The notes beneath the pieces are model-generated. The model was not told the origin of the DNA and did not search any database. It saw only the letters and a list, made by a program, of their open reading frames with translations. From Vezdaea acicularis (taxonomy: Eukaryota): a DNA stretch of 64,000 nt. Position 1 is the stretch's first letter; the number at the start of each line of letters is the position of its first letter. Of this stretch, positions 49,147-60,627 are shown piece after piece. Location of the stretch: contig JAPEUI010000001.1 of assembly GCA_026025075.1 (NCBI GenBank), forward strand, positions 248,001 through 312,000, given 5' to 3'. Both the position numbers and the translations under genes were made by a program.

Positions 49147-52100
49147 TTTGATCCCGCGGGCGCTATGGTCTTCTTTATGAAGAACTACCATATGTGTTAC
49201 CAACCATCGCAATACTCGACAGAGAGCCCTTTGAGGGTCGCCTTGGCACCGTGACTAGAGCGATCGCCTCGTCCTGCTGAGGCAGGAAGGCACCGCGCGC
49301 TTGAAGTTTCGACGCTTCGAAAGCTCTGCTGCGACAAAGATTTGCACTGTAGAGGCTTCTACGCTTCTTCATGTCGCTTCCAAGTCGTAGCAACAAGGCG
49401 AGAAAGTATCACAGGGGGCGAAAGGCGAGCGGAGGAGGTGGTGGTGGTGGTAGATGGGTATCAAATTAAAACTTTCCATTCTTCTGAGTTGTAGACTGCT
49501 CAATCAGGTCTACAACTGTCTCCAGTCACTCTTTCTGTCATCTTACGCTCCTTCAGCGGCAAAGCTAGAATAATAAGATAGTTTAGGACTTCTACCATAG
49601 AAGGGCTCTTCATGTTTCTTTCTCATTTGTGAGACCTAGGTCGATGGTCTTTGTGACTTTTCTGTCGATGTATGATTTACTATGTGGGTAGACTTATGAA
49701 TGATGGGAAGAAGGTCTTTGAGTTCTGCGCAACCACCTCGTCGATTTGGTCTGATCTCTAGAGAGACTGGTGACCCCCTTCTTCTTTGACATCTCCCATT
49801 GGCAGAGTGGTCGCTGGCAGACATTCTTGGACAAGCGGTCCATGGGTGCACTAGATACGCTCTGTTACAGCAACATCTATGAGATAGCTATAACTAACTT
49901 TTGCCTCGGCAGCTTGGACTTAGACCCACGGACTTAGATTTGAGAAGGTACACCGTTCACGCTTCTTCGCATCTAGCGGTTCCAAACGGTCTCTTTCAGC
50001 TACTATCCACATCCACACGCATGCCCCAATCACAATGAGATTCCCAACCTCATATCGTCTCACACACTCCAAACCCACCCATCTCTACATCTGCACATCT
50101 TCCCATTATACTGAATAATCAAAATTCCTCCTCAAGGGCCTTGACATTACCAATTAGTTCCCCAGCGTAAAGCCTAACCCATTATGTAAAAAGAGTTCTT
50201 ACCCCTCTCTTTTCTCCTCCCCCAAACATCCTAAACTCCATCATGCATGCATCCTAAACCTTAAATCGCGCGCGGGCGCGGCATGACAGGGGCCGTCGTC
50301 ACACCATGGTCTTGTCCGTAAAGCTCGCGCTTGTTGGTCTGCTTTGGCTTTAGGGATAGAGGGATGGGGGCTATGAGGTGGGTTTGTGGATTTGTGGGTT
50401 TGTGGGATGGTGAGTGGTGGGTGGGTGGGGTGCAAGCGAGAAGGGGGATGTGGTTGGGGAACAATGGATCTTTGGGTGCGAATGAGCAGGCAGTAAATTA
50501 GAGTTAAATTTTGGGGCTTCAGAATGGGGTGAATTATTTTTTTCTGAATTTTTTTCTGAGGAGATGGCTTCTTGAAGTTTTTGTTAGTGGGTTAAGGTAT
50601 ATCTTGGTCTTTTCTGGCTGTGAAACGGGCGGGGTAAGCCCACGGCATACGGCTTGTTTTCGGAGAGGAGTAAGAAATGCTTGGACGGGGCGTGAATGGT
50701 GCCAGAATTGATTCTATTGAGCATGGGAACACGCTCCCACTTACACAAAAGAAAACCGAGTCTAGTATTCAGACTTTCGATACATATTTTCCAGAGAGTC
50801 GAGGGGCGCACGTGTTCAGTCGACGGACCGAACTAAGGAAGGTCCAGAAAGACGCGACGATTGGACACGCTGCGACAAAAAAGTTTCATCGATGAATCGA
50901 TAACCCGTAAAAAGACATGGATACGAAAAGCCTCGAACATTCCGAGGCCACAGTGCTCACTATCGGGCTGCGACATACACTTGAACACACCTGACGTCTT
51001 CAGTATGCCGTCCCAATGAAGCAAAACCCCAAGCTGCGCAGTCCTGCGATCCTTGCGCGCGAATTACCTGTGCCCGAGCTATGGCCAGCGCCATGCCAGT
51101 GTCCGATGGCAGCGAAGCTTGAAGCTTCACTGTGAGATGACGTTCCCAACACGGCACCATGGACCTCAACCCCTTCTCGTTATCGAGAAAGACCTGGAGA
51201 CGTCAAGACGTCTCTGTCGGCAACGCAGAGAATCCGTGGTAGATCTACGCGATGCACCCCAAAAATAGCCTGCGGCATGATGGATCGTGGCTTACAGGCT
51301 GATCCCTGAGCCTCAAAGACAAGGCCAATACCGAGAGCGGCCATCACTGTAAGGATCAAGATGTCGTCGCCGTCCACTGCGTGTCACCTTTGTAGCGTTG
51401 ACTCCAAGACCCGACGGCCGAGGGGTTCCCTGCATGAGAGAATGCATTTCCTATGTTGGCCCGAAAAAATCTTCATGTCTTGTTCTTTTCGTGTAGCAAA
51501 CCTGACTCAACAAGCTACGCTCCACTACAGTTTCATACCGTGATCCCCTGAGTGTTAACGTCGCTGTTGCCAAACGCGGGCAAGCGGGAATTACTTGTTC
51601 CAGAAGGCGCACCAAGCTTCTGAACCCTAAAGCGCTTTCGGACGGTGGTGCCCTACCTAAAGCCACCTCCAACTTGCGACCATCACTTTCTTCCGCTTGG
51701 CCTTTATCTCTACCTTTCCCGTCACCTTTGCCCTATTGACTATCTGCATCTTGGTAGAGCCTTAGCTCGCCTTTCACTCGTTTATTCCTATAACACTCAG
51801 GAAGTCTTGTGAATAAATTGAAGCCATTGTATATAGGACGAAACTCAAAGCGTTCCAAGCATTCACTCGACATCTTCTTTGCTAATGCCTTGCCAACTTG
51901 GGAAACCATAACGTAACCTCCCCTCTAGCCGGTGGCTAGAACACGAGATATCAACACCTATCGGACCTAATATTTCGATACATCTTATTACTATCGCTCC
52001 AATTCCACTCAAGCCCTATCTGAGACAGCTTCGTTCTAGCAGATATCACGATTTATCTCCATCAATAGGCCTCGCAGGACGACGACCTCGTTTGCAACGG

Positions 52101-52463
52101 AGTATAGTTTGCTCGGATGCTGGTACCCGCCTCGTAGCGGACTGAGGTATGACTCCCCTATCTGATATATGCCCAAGTCTTGAGTCTCCGCTTGCCGACC
52201 CAAGCCACCAAGCACAATGTGATATTTCTTTGAAAACATACTTACATCTGGATATTCTGATGTAGACACGAGGCACCCTATTCTACAGCATTTCAACCCC
52301 TAGAGACTTAAATATAAAGTTGGACGAAGTTCCGTAAGGAGAGTACACGACAGAAGTTTCATAAGCCCAAACTTGAGGCTGTCGCCTCTTGTTTCACTTG
52401 AATGCTTCGTCAATATTACGACAAGGACAATCGACCATCTTCCCTGCTCAGATCGTACGGAGT

Positions 52464-54998
52464 ATGGACGGGAATGGGATCCCGCCCATCACCGCACCAT
52501 GGCCAGTCAGAGATATTGTCTATGTCTCAATCATGGGCACTGTCATGATTGCAGCTTTTCTCGAGTGGTTTCTATGGCTGGCCGCTTTCGTTTACTGCCT
52601 CATCAAATGCTTCCAGAAAGCCGAACACTGGACTATTAGAGTATTGGTAGTAGTGGTGATGGTTCTTTTCACGGCATTAAGAGCAATCTTCCTTCCAGTG
52701 ATGATGGTCACCCTCCCACTCCCTTCACAGGTCACCCAATACTTCCCGGAAAAAATGGTCAGCGCCCTGCAATGGTTTGCCTTCTGGACGTTTGCCGGTC
52801 TACTAACAGTGCCTTGGCTATTCTGTGTCTATCGGCTGGTTACTGAGTCTTTGGGACGTACAAAACGTATTAAGCATGTTCTTGACGAATCGACCGCACC
52901 GAAAGTCGTCATCGTCATGCCGTGCTACAAGGAGGTCCCTGAGGTCCTTGTCACCGCTATTGATTCAGTGGTCGATTGCGACTATCCCCCAACATGCCTT
53001 CATGTTTTCCTATCGTTTGATGGTGATCAGGAAGATGAATTGTACCTACAGACCATCGAGAAGTTGGGCGTCCCCCTTACACTAAAAAGCTACCCGCCGA
53101 GTATTGATGTGACGTATCGCAATTGTCGGATTACAGTATCTCGATTTCCCCACGGTGGAAAACGACACTGTCAGAAACGGACATTCAAGCTCATCGATAA
53201 AATCTATACGGAATATCTCAAGCGAAATGATAACTTGTTTATTTTGTTCATCGACTCGGACTGCATCTTGGATAAGGTCTGCATCCAGAATTTTGTTTAT
53301 GAAATGGAACTCAAGCCCGGAAGCAAGCACAACATGTTAGCCATGACCGGTGTTATCACTTCGACGACTGAGAAGAATACATTAATCACTTTGCTGCAGG
53401 ACATGGAGTATATCCACGGTCAATTGTTTGAACGGTCCGTTGAGTCAGGGTGTGGTTCTGTGACCTGTTTGCCTGGAGCCCTGACTATATTACGCTTCTC
53501 AGCATTTCGAAAGATGGCAAAGTACTACTTCGCAGACAAGGCAGAGCAGTGCGACGATCTTTTCGACTATGGAAAGTGTCATTTGGGGGAAGACAGATGG
53601 CTGACACATCTCTTTATGATTGGGGCTAAGCAGCGCTATCAGATACAGATGTGTACGGGAGCTTTCTGCAAGACGGAGGCAGTCCAGACCTATCAGAGCT
53701 TGCTGAAACAGCGAAGGCGGTGGTTCTTGGGGTTCATCACAAATGAAGTCTGTATGCTTACAGATATTCGACTTTGGCGAAGGTACCCGATCCTCTGCAT
53801 TGTCAGATTCATGCAGAATACCATCCGGACTACTGCCCTACTATTCTTCATCATGGTCTTATCCATCATTACTACCTCGAATAAGATCAAAAACCTTCCT
53901 GTTGGCTTCATTGCGGTATCTTTAGGCCTCAACTGGTTGCTTATGTTCTACTTCGGTCTTCGTTTAAGGCGGTTCAAAGCATGGCTGTACCCAATTATGT
54001 TCATTGTTAACCCATTCTTCAATTGGGTTTACATGGTCTATGGAATTTTCACCGCTGGCCAACGGACATGGGGAGGCCCTCGAGCTGATGCCGGCGCCGC
54101 CGACGGAAGTACGACTGCCCAGCAGGCAATTGAGCATGCGGAAGCAACCGGAGACGATCTCAACGTGGTTCCTGAAACTTTCAAACCAGCTCATGAGGAG
54201 CGGCTGAACAAAGAGCAAGGAGCAATTCCACAGATGCCATTACAACCGCCCGAGCGCGTGGAAGGGAGATTTGCCCCAGCACGAAGAGGTTCTGGTGGTT
54301 GGTACCACCAGGATGACTCTAATCAAACCCTTGCTGACACGCTCGGACGGAACGGTGTCATTCCCCGTATGCCGTTACAGCCGCGTGACTCATTCGACAG
54401 CTTCGATACCTCCGGGTCTGGTGCGAATTCTGTCTATATGCCTCGCCGGGTGGAGAGTTTGATGGGTGAGGAGGACAAGAAGAAGTACATGGTTGCTCAA
54501 TTCACTCAAAGAGACATGAGCGGATCTTTCCACTCTGAGATGTCCCGGCAAGGCCACGTGTACGAGGCTGGAGATGCGAACGAGAAGATCTCTTCTGGCG
54601 AGTCTAGCGATTTCTCAGACAGAGACCAAATTACCATCGCGCCGCCTAGGCAGGTTAGATCATATACGCCGCAACGCTCACCAGCTATTGAGCCAGCTGG
54701 TGAATTTGTTCCGCTCCCTGAGATAAACCGCGGCTCGTTCACGGTAGCTATGCCGGAGTCACCACATATTCCAGGCGAGAGACTTTCAAACGCCTCCTTT
54801 GCTGTCAGGAGGCCGCAGGGAAGTCCTCTAGCTTCAGCAAATGTTATTCGGCCCAGCGATGAAATTGAGGAGATGAGTCTGCCATCTCCACCCAGCCATC
54901 CTGGCGAATGGTCAGAAGAGAGCCCTCGAACTTCCACGGACACGCAGAGAGCTAGGAGGAACAGATTGACAAAGAGCCCAAGAAGGAGTAGGGCGTAA
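52464..54998 (+). CDS. chsD: Class VI chitin synthase (ChsD type, GT2)
   Basis: Uninterrupted ORF with N-terminal TM helices and FLSFDG, HGGKRHCQ, FIDSDC, TCLPGALT, LGEDRWLT, QRRRW and RTWGGPRAD motifs; no myosin or cytochrome-b5 domain. First in-frame ATG at 52464. Confidence 0.9.
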   Translation: MDGNGIPPITAPWPVRDIVYVSIMGTVMIAAFLEWFLWLAAFVYCLIKCFQKAEHWTIRVLVVVVMVLFTALRAIFLPVMMVTLPLPSQVTQYFPEKMVSALQWFAFWTFAGLLTVPWLFCVYRLVTESLGRTKRIKHVLDESTAPKVVIVMPCYKEVPEVLVTAIDSVVDCDYPPTCLHVFLSFDGDQEDELYLQTIEKLGVPLTLKSYPPSIDVTYRNCRITVSRFPHGGKRHCQKRTFKLIDKIYTEYLKRNDNLFILFIDSDCILDKVCIQNFVYEMELKPGSKHNMLAMTGVITSTTEKNTLITLLQDMEYIHGQLFERSVESGCGSVTCLPGALTILRFSAFRKMAKYYFADKAEQCDDLFDYGKCHLGEDRWLTHLFMIGAKQRYQIQMCTGAFCKTEAVQTYQSLLKQRRRWFLGFITNEVCMLTDIRLWRRYPILCIVRFMQNTIRTTALLFFIMVLSIITTSNKIKNLPVGFIAVSLGLNWLLMFYFGLRLRRFKAWLYPIMFIVNPFFNWVYMVYGIFTAGQRTWGGPRADAGAADGSTTAQQAIEHAEATGDDLNVVPETFKPAHEERLNKEQGAIPQMPLQPPERVEGRFAPARRGSGGWYHQDDSNQTLADTLGRNGVIPRMPLQPRDSFDSFDTSGSGANSVYMPRRVESLMGEEDKKKYMVAQFTQRDMSGSFHSEMSRQGHVYEAGDANEKISSGESSDFSDRDQITIAPPRQVRSYTPQRSPAIEPAGEFVPLPEINRGSFTVAMPESPHIPGERLSNASFAVRRPQGSPLASANVIRPSDEIEEMSLPSPPSHPGEWSEESPRTSTDTQRARRNRLTKSPRRSRA

Positions 54999-55514
54999 TT
55001 TTGACTACCTGAGTGGGTTTTAGCGTGGTAGGTTACTAGAGAAGGCGACAATGGCGATCCGCATTGGTACTTTAAAATTCTAGGACTGAGATTTATCCGT
55101 TGGTGATGGGAGCCTGGGTGCATTTACAGGCGTTTTCAGATGATGCATAAAGGGCGACGAGATGAAGAACTCTCCATATACTCAAATTGGCTGGAACCGC
55201 TACTGCAGCCATAAGCGCAAGGCGATTAGTATCATATTGGGTTCAATTTGAATTCTCCTGATAGATAGCTTAGCTAGTCAGGAATATCCAGCTCAAACTT
55301 GGAACGGCTGTGCTATGCATGCTTGGCCCAAGTTACATTTGTTGCCTTAGATTTCGTTCAATCCTCTTGGAGTATTGCACACTAACAAGGCAACATCAAA
55401 ATGCCCCACCATTGGCTGCTCTGGCACTGGTGGGGTGGCCTGTGAGGCTCTCGCGTAGCGCCCCAGTTATGGCAGAGATGCGAAACGTTGGCATCCCTAG
55501 CAACTTTGCACGTC

Positions 55515-55534
55515 AGAACTTTCTAGTATGTTCA
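55515..55534. promoter_or_regulatory. Heat-shock element upstream of hsp88
   Basis: AGAAC-TTTCT-AGTAT-GTTCA: alternating nGAAn/nTTCn pentamers, three of four perfect, about 300 bp before the ATG. Confidence 0.65.
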
Positions 55535-55828
55535 CGATAACTCTCGCTTGCTAGAAATTTAGCGGTGGGCTGTTCACTGCACAGACCAGGCACAACAACG
55601 AAGCTTTCCCACCGAGCCTCTACAACTCTTGTGTAACGATACACATCTTTCATTCTGACACTCACTTGTTGTCACGACCGGCTCCGGTTCAAGAAGTGGA
55701 ACTCACACATATACACATACGGAGTGAAAACATTAGACTGACAACATCCCACCAACTCGCTTACCTTATTTATCGGTCTATTTGCTGCCCCAATAATTCA
55801 GGCACAACCCGGCATTTGAACCGCCAAA

Positions 55829-58286
55829 ATGAGTGTCGTAGGAGTCGACCTGGGGACCCTCAATACCGTCATTGCGGTTGCAAGAAATCGAGGTGTCGAT
55901 GTGGTATGTAGCTCTTTTCTTCGATATCAGTTAATTGGTGGGATGCTGATGTGCTTCTTAGATCACCAATGAAGTTTCCAACCGTGCTACACCGTATGTC
56001 CCTGGCTCTATTCAATCTAAGCAAGGAAAGTATTGGCTAACTTTTCCCCCTTCAGATCACTCGTTGGCTTTGGCCCAAAAAGTCGATATCTCGGTGAAGC
56101 AGCGAAGACTCAAGAAATCTCAAACCTCAAGAATACCGTCAGCTCGCTCAAGCGTTTAGCTGGGCGCTCATTCAAGGATCCCGATGTACAGATTGAACAG
56201 GAATTCGTATCCGCTCCGCTCATCGATATCAATGGGAAGGTGGGAGCTGAGGTCACGTATTTGGGCAAAAAGGAGCAATTCACGTCAACCCAGCTATTGT
56301 CGATGTTCTTTAGCAAAGTAAAGGCAACCGCAGCCGCCGAGCTCAAGCTAGCTGTCAGCGATATTGCTTTGAGCGTTCCGCCATGGTTCACTGATGCACA
56401 GAGACGAAGCCTTGTCGATGCCGCTGAGATCGCCGGACTAAAAGTCCTTCGACTTATTAATGATACCACCGCTTCGGCGCTTGGCTATGGCATCACCAAG
56501 AATGATCTTCCTACCGCCGAAGAGAAGCCCCGCCGGGTGGCTGTTGTAGATATTGGTCATAGCAACTACTTATGCTCCATCGTTGAATTCAGGAAGGGAG
56601 AACTTGTCGTCAAGTCCACAGCCTGGGATCGTCACTTCGGCGGGCGAGATATCAACAAGACTCTTGTCGACCACTTTGCTAATGAGTTCAAGGAGAAATA
56701 TAAAATCGATATCAAGACCAATGCCAAGGCTGTGGTTCGGGTTAATACTGCTGTTGAAAAGCTTAAGAAAGTTCTATCTGCAAATGCATCAGCACCGCTG
56801 AACATCGAGTCTTTGATGAACGATGTCGACGTCAGCAGCTTCTTAAAGCGGGAAGAACTAGAAGAGTTAATCAAGCCTCTACTCGAGCGAGCTGTTGTGC
56901 CGCTGGAGCAAGCACTTGCAGACGCCAAATTAAAGATCGAAGATATCGACGCTGTGGAGATGGTAGGAGGATGCACCCGTGTTCCATCATTGAAGGAGTC
57001 TATCCAAAAGTTTTTCAAGAAACCGCTTTCATTCACGCTCAACCAAGACGAGGCCGTCGCTCGTGGGTGTGCGTTTGCTTGTGCTATTGCCTCACCAGTC
57101 TTCCGCGTTCGAGACTTCTCCATGCACGATGTCATCAACTACCCGATCGAGTTTACCTGGGAGCAGTCTGCGGACATACCTGATGAAGACACTAGTCTCA
57201 CCGTCTTCAATAAAGGGAATGTTATGCCCTCAACCAAAATCCTTACGTTCTATCGTAAGCAGGTGTTCGATCTGGAAGCTAAATATGCCAAACCTGATCT
57301 GCTTCCTGGCTCAACGGACCCATGGATCGGTCGCTTTGCTGTCAAAGGAGTAAAGGCCGATGACTTCATGGTTTGCAAGCTGAAGGCGCGTCTGAACGTC
57401 CATGGAATCCTAAACGTCGAATCAGGCTACCACGTCGAAGACGTCGAGGTGGAGGAGCCTATCCCCGAGGACAAGCCAACAAAAGAGGAAGGGGAGAAGA
57501 AACCCGACCCAGACGTAAGTTCTTCCCCCAATACAGATTCCTCTCCAAGGGGTAGCCCCCCACCCAAGCGTCACAAGACGTCTTGGAAATCAATGCTGAC
57601 TGGCAATAAGGCGATGGAGACCGACCAAGCAAATGGCAGTGCGGAGGCGAAGCCAAAGACAAGAAAGGTCAAGAAGCAAGTCAAGAAGGGCGATCTGCCA
57701 ATTGTTGCGGCGACGGCTAGTCTGGACGCGGCGACAAAGGAGCGCGATGCCGAGAAGGAGAACGCGATGATTATGGAGGACAAGCTTGTCTTGGACACAG
57801 AGGACAAGAAGAATGAGCTCGAGGCGTATATCTACGAGATGCGCAGCAAGATCGATGATCAATACGCCGAGTTCGCTAATGATGACGAAAAGGCAAAGCT
57901 GAAGGAAAAGCTAGAGCAAAGCGAGGTATGTCATGTCCCCCATCCTACTCCTGCTTTTATGAAAGGTACTAACCCCTTCTCCAAAGGACTGGCTCTACGA
58001 TGAAGGCGAAGACGCAACCAAAGCCGTATACACCGCCAAGATGGACGAGATCCGCTTCGTTGCCGGACCTATCGTGCAGCGTTACCTGGACAAGCAAGAG
58101 GCTGAGCGGCAAGCAGTCTTGAAGGCTCGAGAGGAAGAGAACGCGAAGCGTCGTGCAGAATTGGAGGCGAAAAAGGAAGCGGAAAAGAAGAAAGAGGAGA
58201 AAGAGGGCGGGAAGAAGGAAGATGAGGAGATGAAAGATGCGCCCCCAGTAGACCCCGCGGCTGAGGACGGCGAGGAGCCCAAATAG
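55829..58286 (+). CDS. hsp88: Hsp110-family Hsp70 chaperone (Hsp88/Sse1)
   Basis: MSVVGVDLG, NEVSNRATPSLVGFG, VDIGHS, TLNQDEAVARGCAF, KNELEAYIY and DWLYDEGED motifs; introns 55904-55961, 55994-56056, 57515-57610 and 57926-57986. Confidence 0.97.
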
Positions 58287-58827
58287 AGCGAAGAAACGGA
58301 TCACCACGATTAACGATCTCTGATGGATGACAAACGATAAACGGTATGGAGCAGGGCAACCCCTTGATCCAATTGTTCCTTTGACTCTGGCTCTTTAGAA
58401 GACCCTTTCGGCACAGCAGGCACATCTTCTTCTTCTCCTCTGCTATCTCCTTTTCTTTTCCCTCTCGTCTTGGCATCTGTCAGGTGCAGCGGTAGATGAG
58501 GCAGGCAAGCTTAGATGGATGAGGTGCGGAGAAATTTGATTGGTGGGGCTTTTGTAGCTAGCTGGTTATATACAACGGACTTGCATCTAATACGCTTGAG
58601 ACCTGACATTGAGATGATATTGCGCGCAGAGATCTAGAAAGAGAGGGGGGCTGCCAACCTATATGCTGTGCCACTTCCACCAGTGCGTTTCCACCGCGTC
58701 AACCACTTGAAAACCCCCTGGCCACGCATTCACGATCCATACGGAGGCGATCAACCCGGCGCCTGAACCCCCAAGCAGCTATCCAAAGTGCCATCTTCAT
58801 TCTTTGCGCTCTAGAGTTGTAGACAAA

Positions 58828-59214
58828 TTACACTTCCAGCTTTTCGTACTCTCCCCCGAGCGACCTGGACCACAGATGAGTCGCCTCCGCGATATGCACG
58901 ATCGGCCTCCACTCTGGCGAGGGTGTCTCCGGGGGGGTGGGCGGTAGCACTGGGGGCTGGAAGGGTAATGGGATTAATGGCGTCGTCAGCATTAGATCAT
59001 CTGAGCGTGGCTGTGACGCGGGAGGGAGTAGGTAGGGGTTGTCAGTGCTGCGTTCGAGGAGCTTGAGAGGGTCGAGTGAGAGGGCTCTTTTGTACTTCAA
59101 GCGCGCGGCGAGCAGCATTTCGATCGTAAGCGCGATGGTGCTGATGATCATGATGAGCGTCACGGCGAGGCAGGTGGAGGCGATGAGGGTGGCGAGATAG
59201 GAGAGGAAGACCAT
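58828..59214 (-). CDS. Hypothetical small membrane protein (128 aa)
   Basis: ATG-initiated ORF with a hydrophobic N-terminus of about 35 residues and a Pro-rich tail (PPTPPETPSP); no family recognised. Confidence 0.45.
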   Translation of the reverse strand: MVFLSYLATLIASTCLAVTLIMIISTIALTIEMLLAARLKYKRALSLDPLKLLERSTDNPYLLPPASQPRSDDLMLTTPLIPLPFQPPVLPPTPPETPSPEWRPIVHIAEATHLWSRSLGGEYEKLEV

Positions 59215-59519
59215 CTTGAGTGACGGTGATTTGGAAGCTGGTGGGGCAAGATGTTGCTTGACGAATGTGGGTGTTAACTGTTGGAAGGCGGTCGTTGCTG
59301 AGCAGATGAGTAGATGGCGATAGACATGCTCTGAGGGGGGAAAAGGGTTAGTGTTATAGTTGGGATGGCAGCTGCGTTGGAAAGTTTCTCACCTGACGCT
59401 GGAGACGTCTCCGTTGGACGAGGTAGGAGCATGAAGATGCGAATGCAGTACCGAGTGACAACCATGGATCATCTCGAGGTTATTCGGAATGGATCGATCA
59501 CTCCTCCACTATTCTTCGC

Positions 59520-60569
59520 TCAACTCACCAGCCTCTCGACTACCGCCATCTCCACCAACCCTTCTAAGAATCTTCTGGTCGCAACATCCCACCCTTCCCC
59601 GCCTTCTTCCGCCTTGGGCACAATTATCTTCACTTTCCCTTCGCCTCCAAGCACAAATGCGCCGCATGCAACCTTTGATACACGCGCGGCGGGACCTAAC
59701 TCGAGGGCTAGGTGCTGTTTGACGTACGCCGAGATCGCGCTGCTGAGGGGACCACCCGCAGATGCATGGGCACCATCACGGACCTTGCCGGTCGTAGAAC
59801 CTTGACAGAGTGCGGCTCCATGTGAAAGCAAGCGGGGGAAGTCGTCACGAGAGATGGTGATGTCGAGCGTCCTCAGAGAGGGCATTGCGGTCGGGAATGA
59901 GAGCGTGAGGGTGATATCTCTAAGGACCGTAGTAAGAATCTGTTGTGCTGCCGCCGCAGAGTTGCTGGTCAAACTTTGGAGGTCTGTGATGTATTGCTCA
60001 AGGGAGGAGAAAAGGGAGAATGTCGGAATGAGAAGAGAGGAGATACGAGTGTCAAATGTGCTGTTAAGGTAGGATATCAGCGTATCGCGGAGGGGTCCAG
60101 GCATGCGGACTAGGAGCAAGGGCAGGTAGGTAAAGTCCTTATTCGCGGGATCCTGTGAATAGCTCGAGAGGCGCTCTGGGGTACTGAGAAGGATAGCCGC
60201 ATAATGAGCACGCTCGTAAGAAACGTCGATATAGACTCCTCCTCTATCTTTAACCGTGAAGCCTTCTCCTTCCCCCTTCTGTATCGCACGCTGCTCCTCC
60301 ATCCAATCATCCGCAGAGCCTAGAATCCGCCATGTGCACCCGATCAATGCACCGCTCCGTGCTAAACCTTCGTCATTGCTGCTGCTGAGCCCCACGCGCA
60401 CACCTCGAAGGACTTCACCTTTGAGGATATCATGGAAGCGGCGGGCGTGGGATGCAAGAGCGGAATCGCTGAGAAAAAGGTGTGGTGTGTAGAGGGGTGA
60501 GAGCCGGTGGAGGGTTAAAGTCGTTTGATATAGAGGGTATGGTAGAAGAACAGGAGAGTCATCAGCCAT
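59520..60569 (-). CDS. fta1: Kinetochore Sim4-complex subunit Fta1/CENP-L
   Basis: YPLYQTTLTLHRLSPLY, LKGEVLRGV, LPLLLVRMP..LR...ISYLNSTFD and VSKVACGAFVLGGEGKVKI motifs typical of fungal CENP-L; first ATG at 60569. Confidence 0.8.
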   Translation of the reverse strand: MADDSPVLLPYPLYQTTLTLHRLSPLYTPHLFLSDSALASHARRFHDILKGEVLRGVRVGLSSSNDEGLARSGALIGCTWRILGSADDWMEEQRAIQKGEGEGFTVKDRGGVYIDVSYERAHYAAILLSTPERLSSYSQDPANKDFTYLPLLLVRMPGPLRDTLISYLNSTFDTRISSLLIPTFSLFSSLEQYITDLQSLTSNSAAAAQQILTTVLRDITLTLSFPTAMPSLRTLDITISRDDFPRLLSHGAALCQGSTTGKVRDGAHASAGGPLSSAISAYVKQHLALELGPAARVSKVACGAFVLGGEGKVKIIVPKAEEGGEGWDVATRRFLEGLVEMAVVERLVS

Positions 60570-60615
60570 AGTGAAGGAGTCAGGCCCTAAATGTGGGGTG
60601 ATGATCCGGAAGCAG

Positions 60616-60627
60616 ACGCGTTCGCGT
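60616..60627. promoter_or_regulatory. Tandem MCB-like elements (ACGCGT TCGCGT) upstream of CENP-L
   Basis: One perfect and one single-mismatch MluI cell-cycle box about 50 bp upstream of the ATG. Confidence 0.5.
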
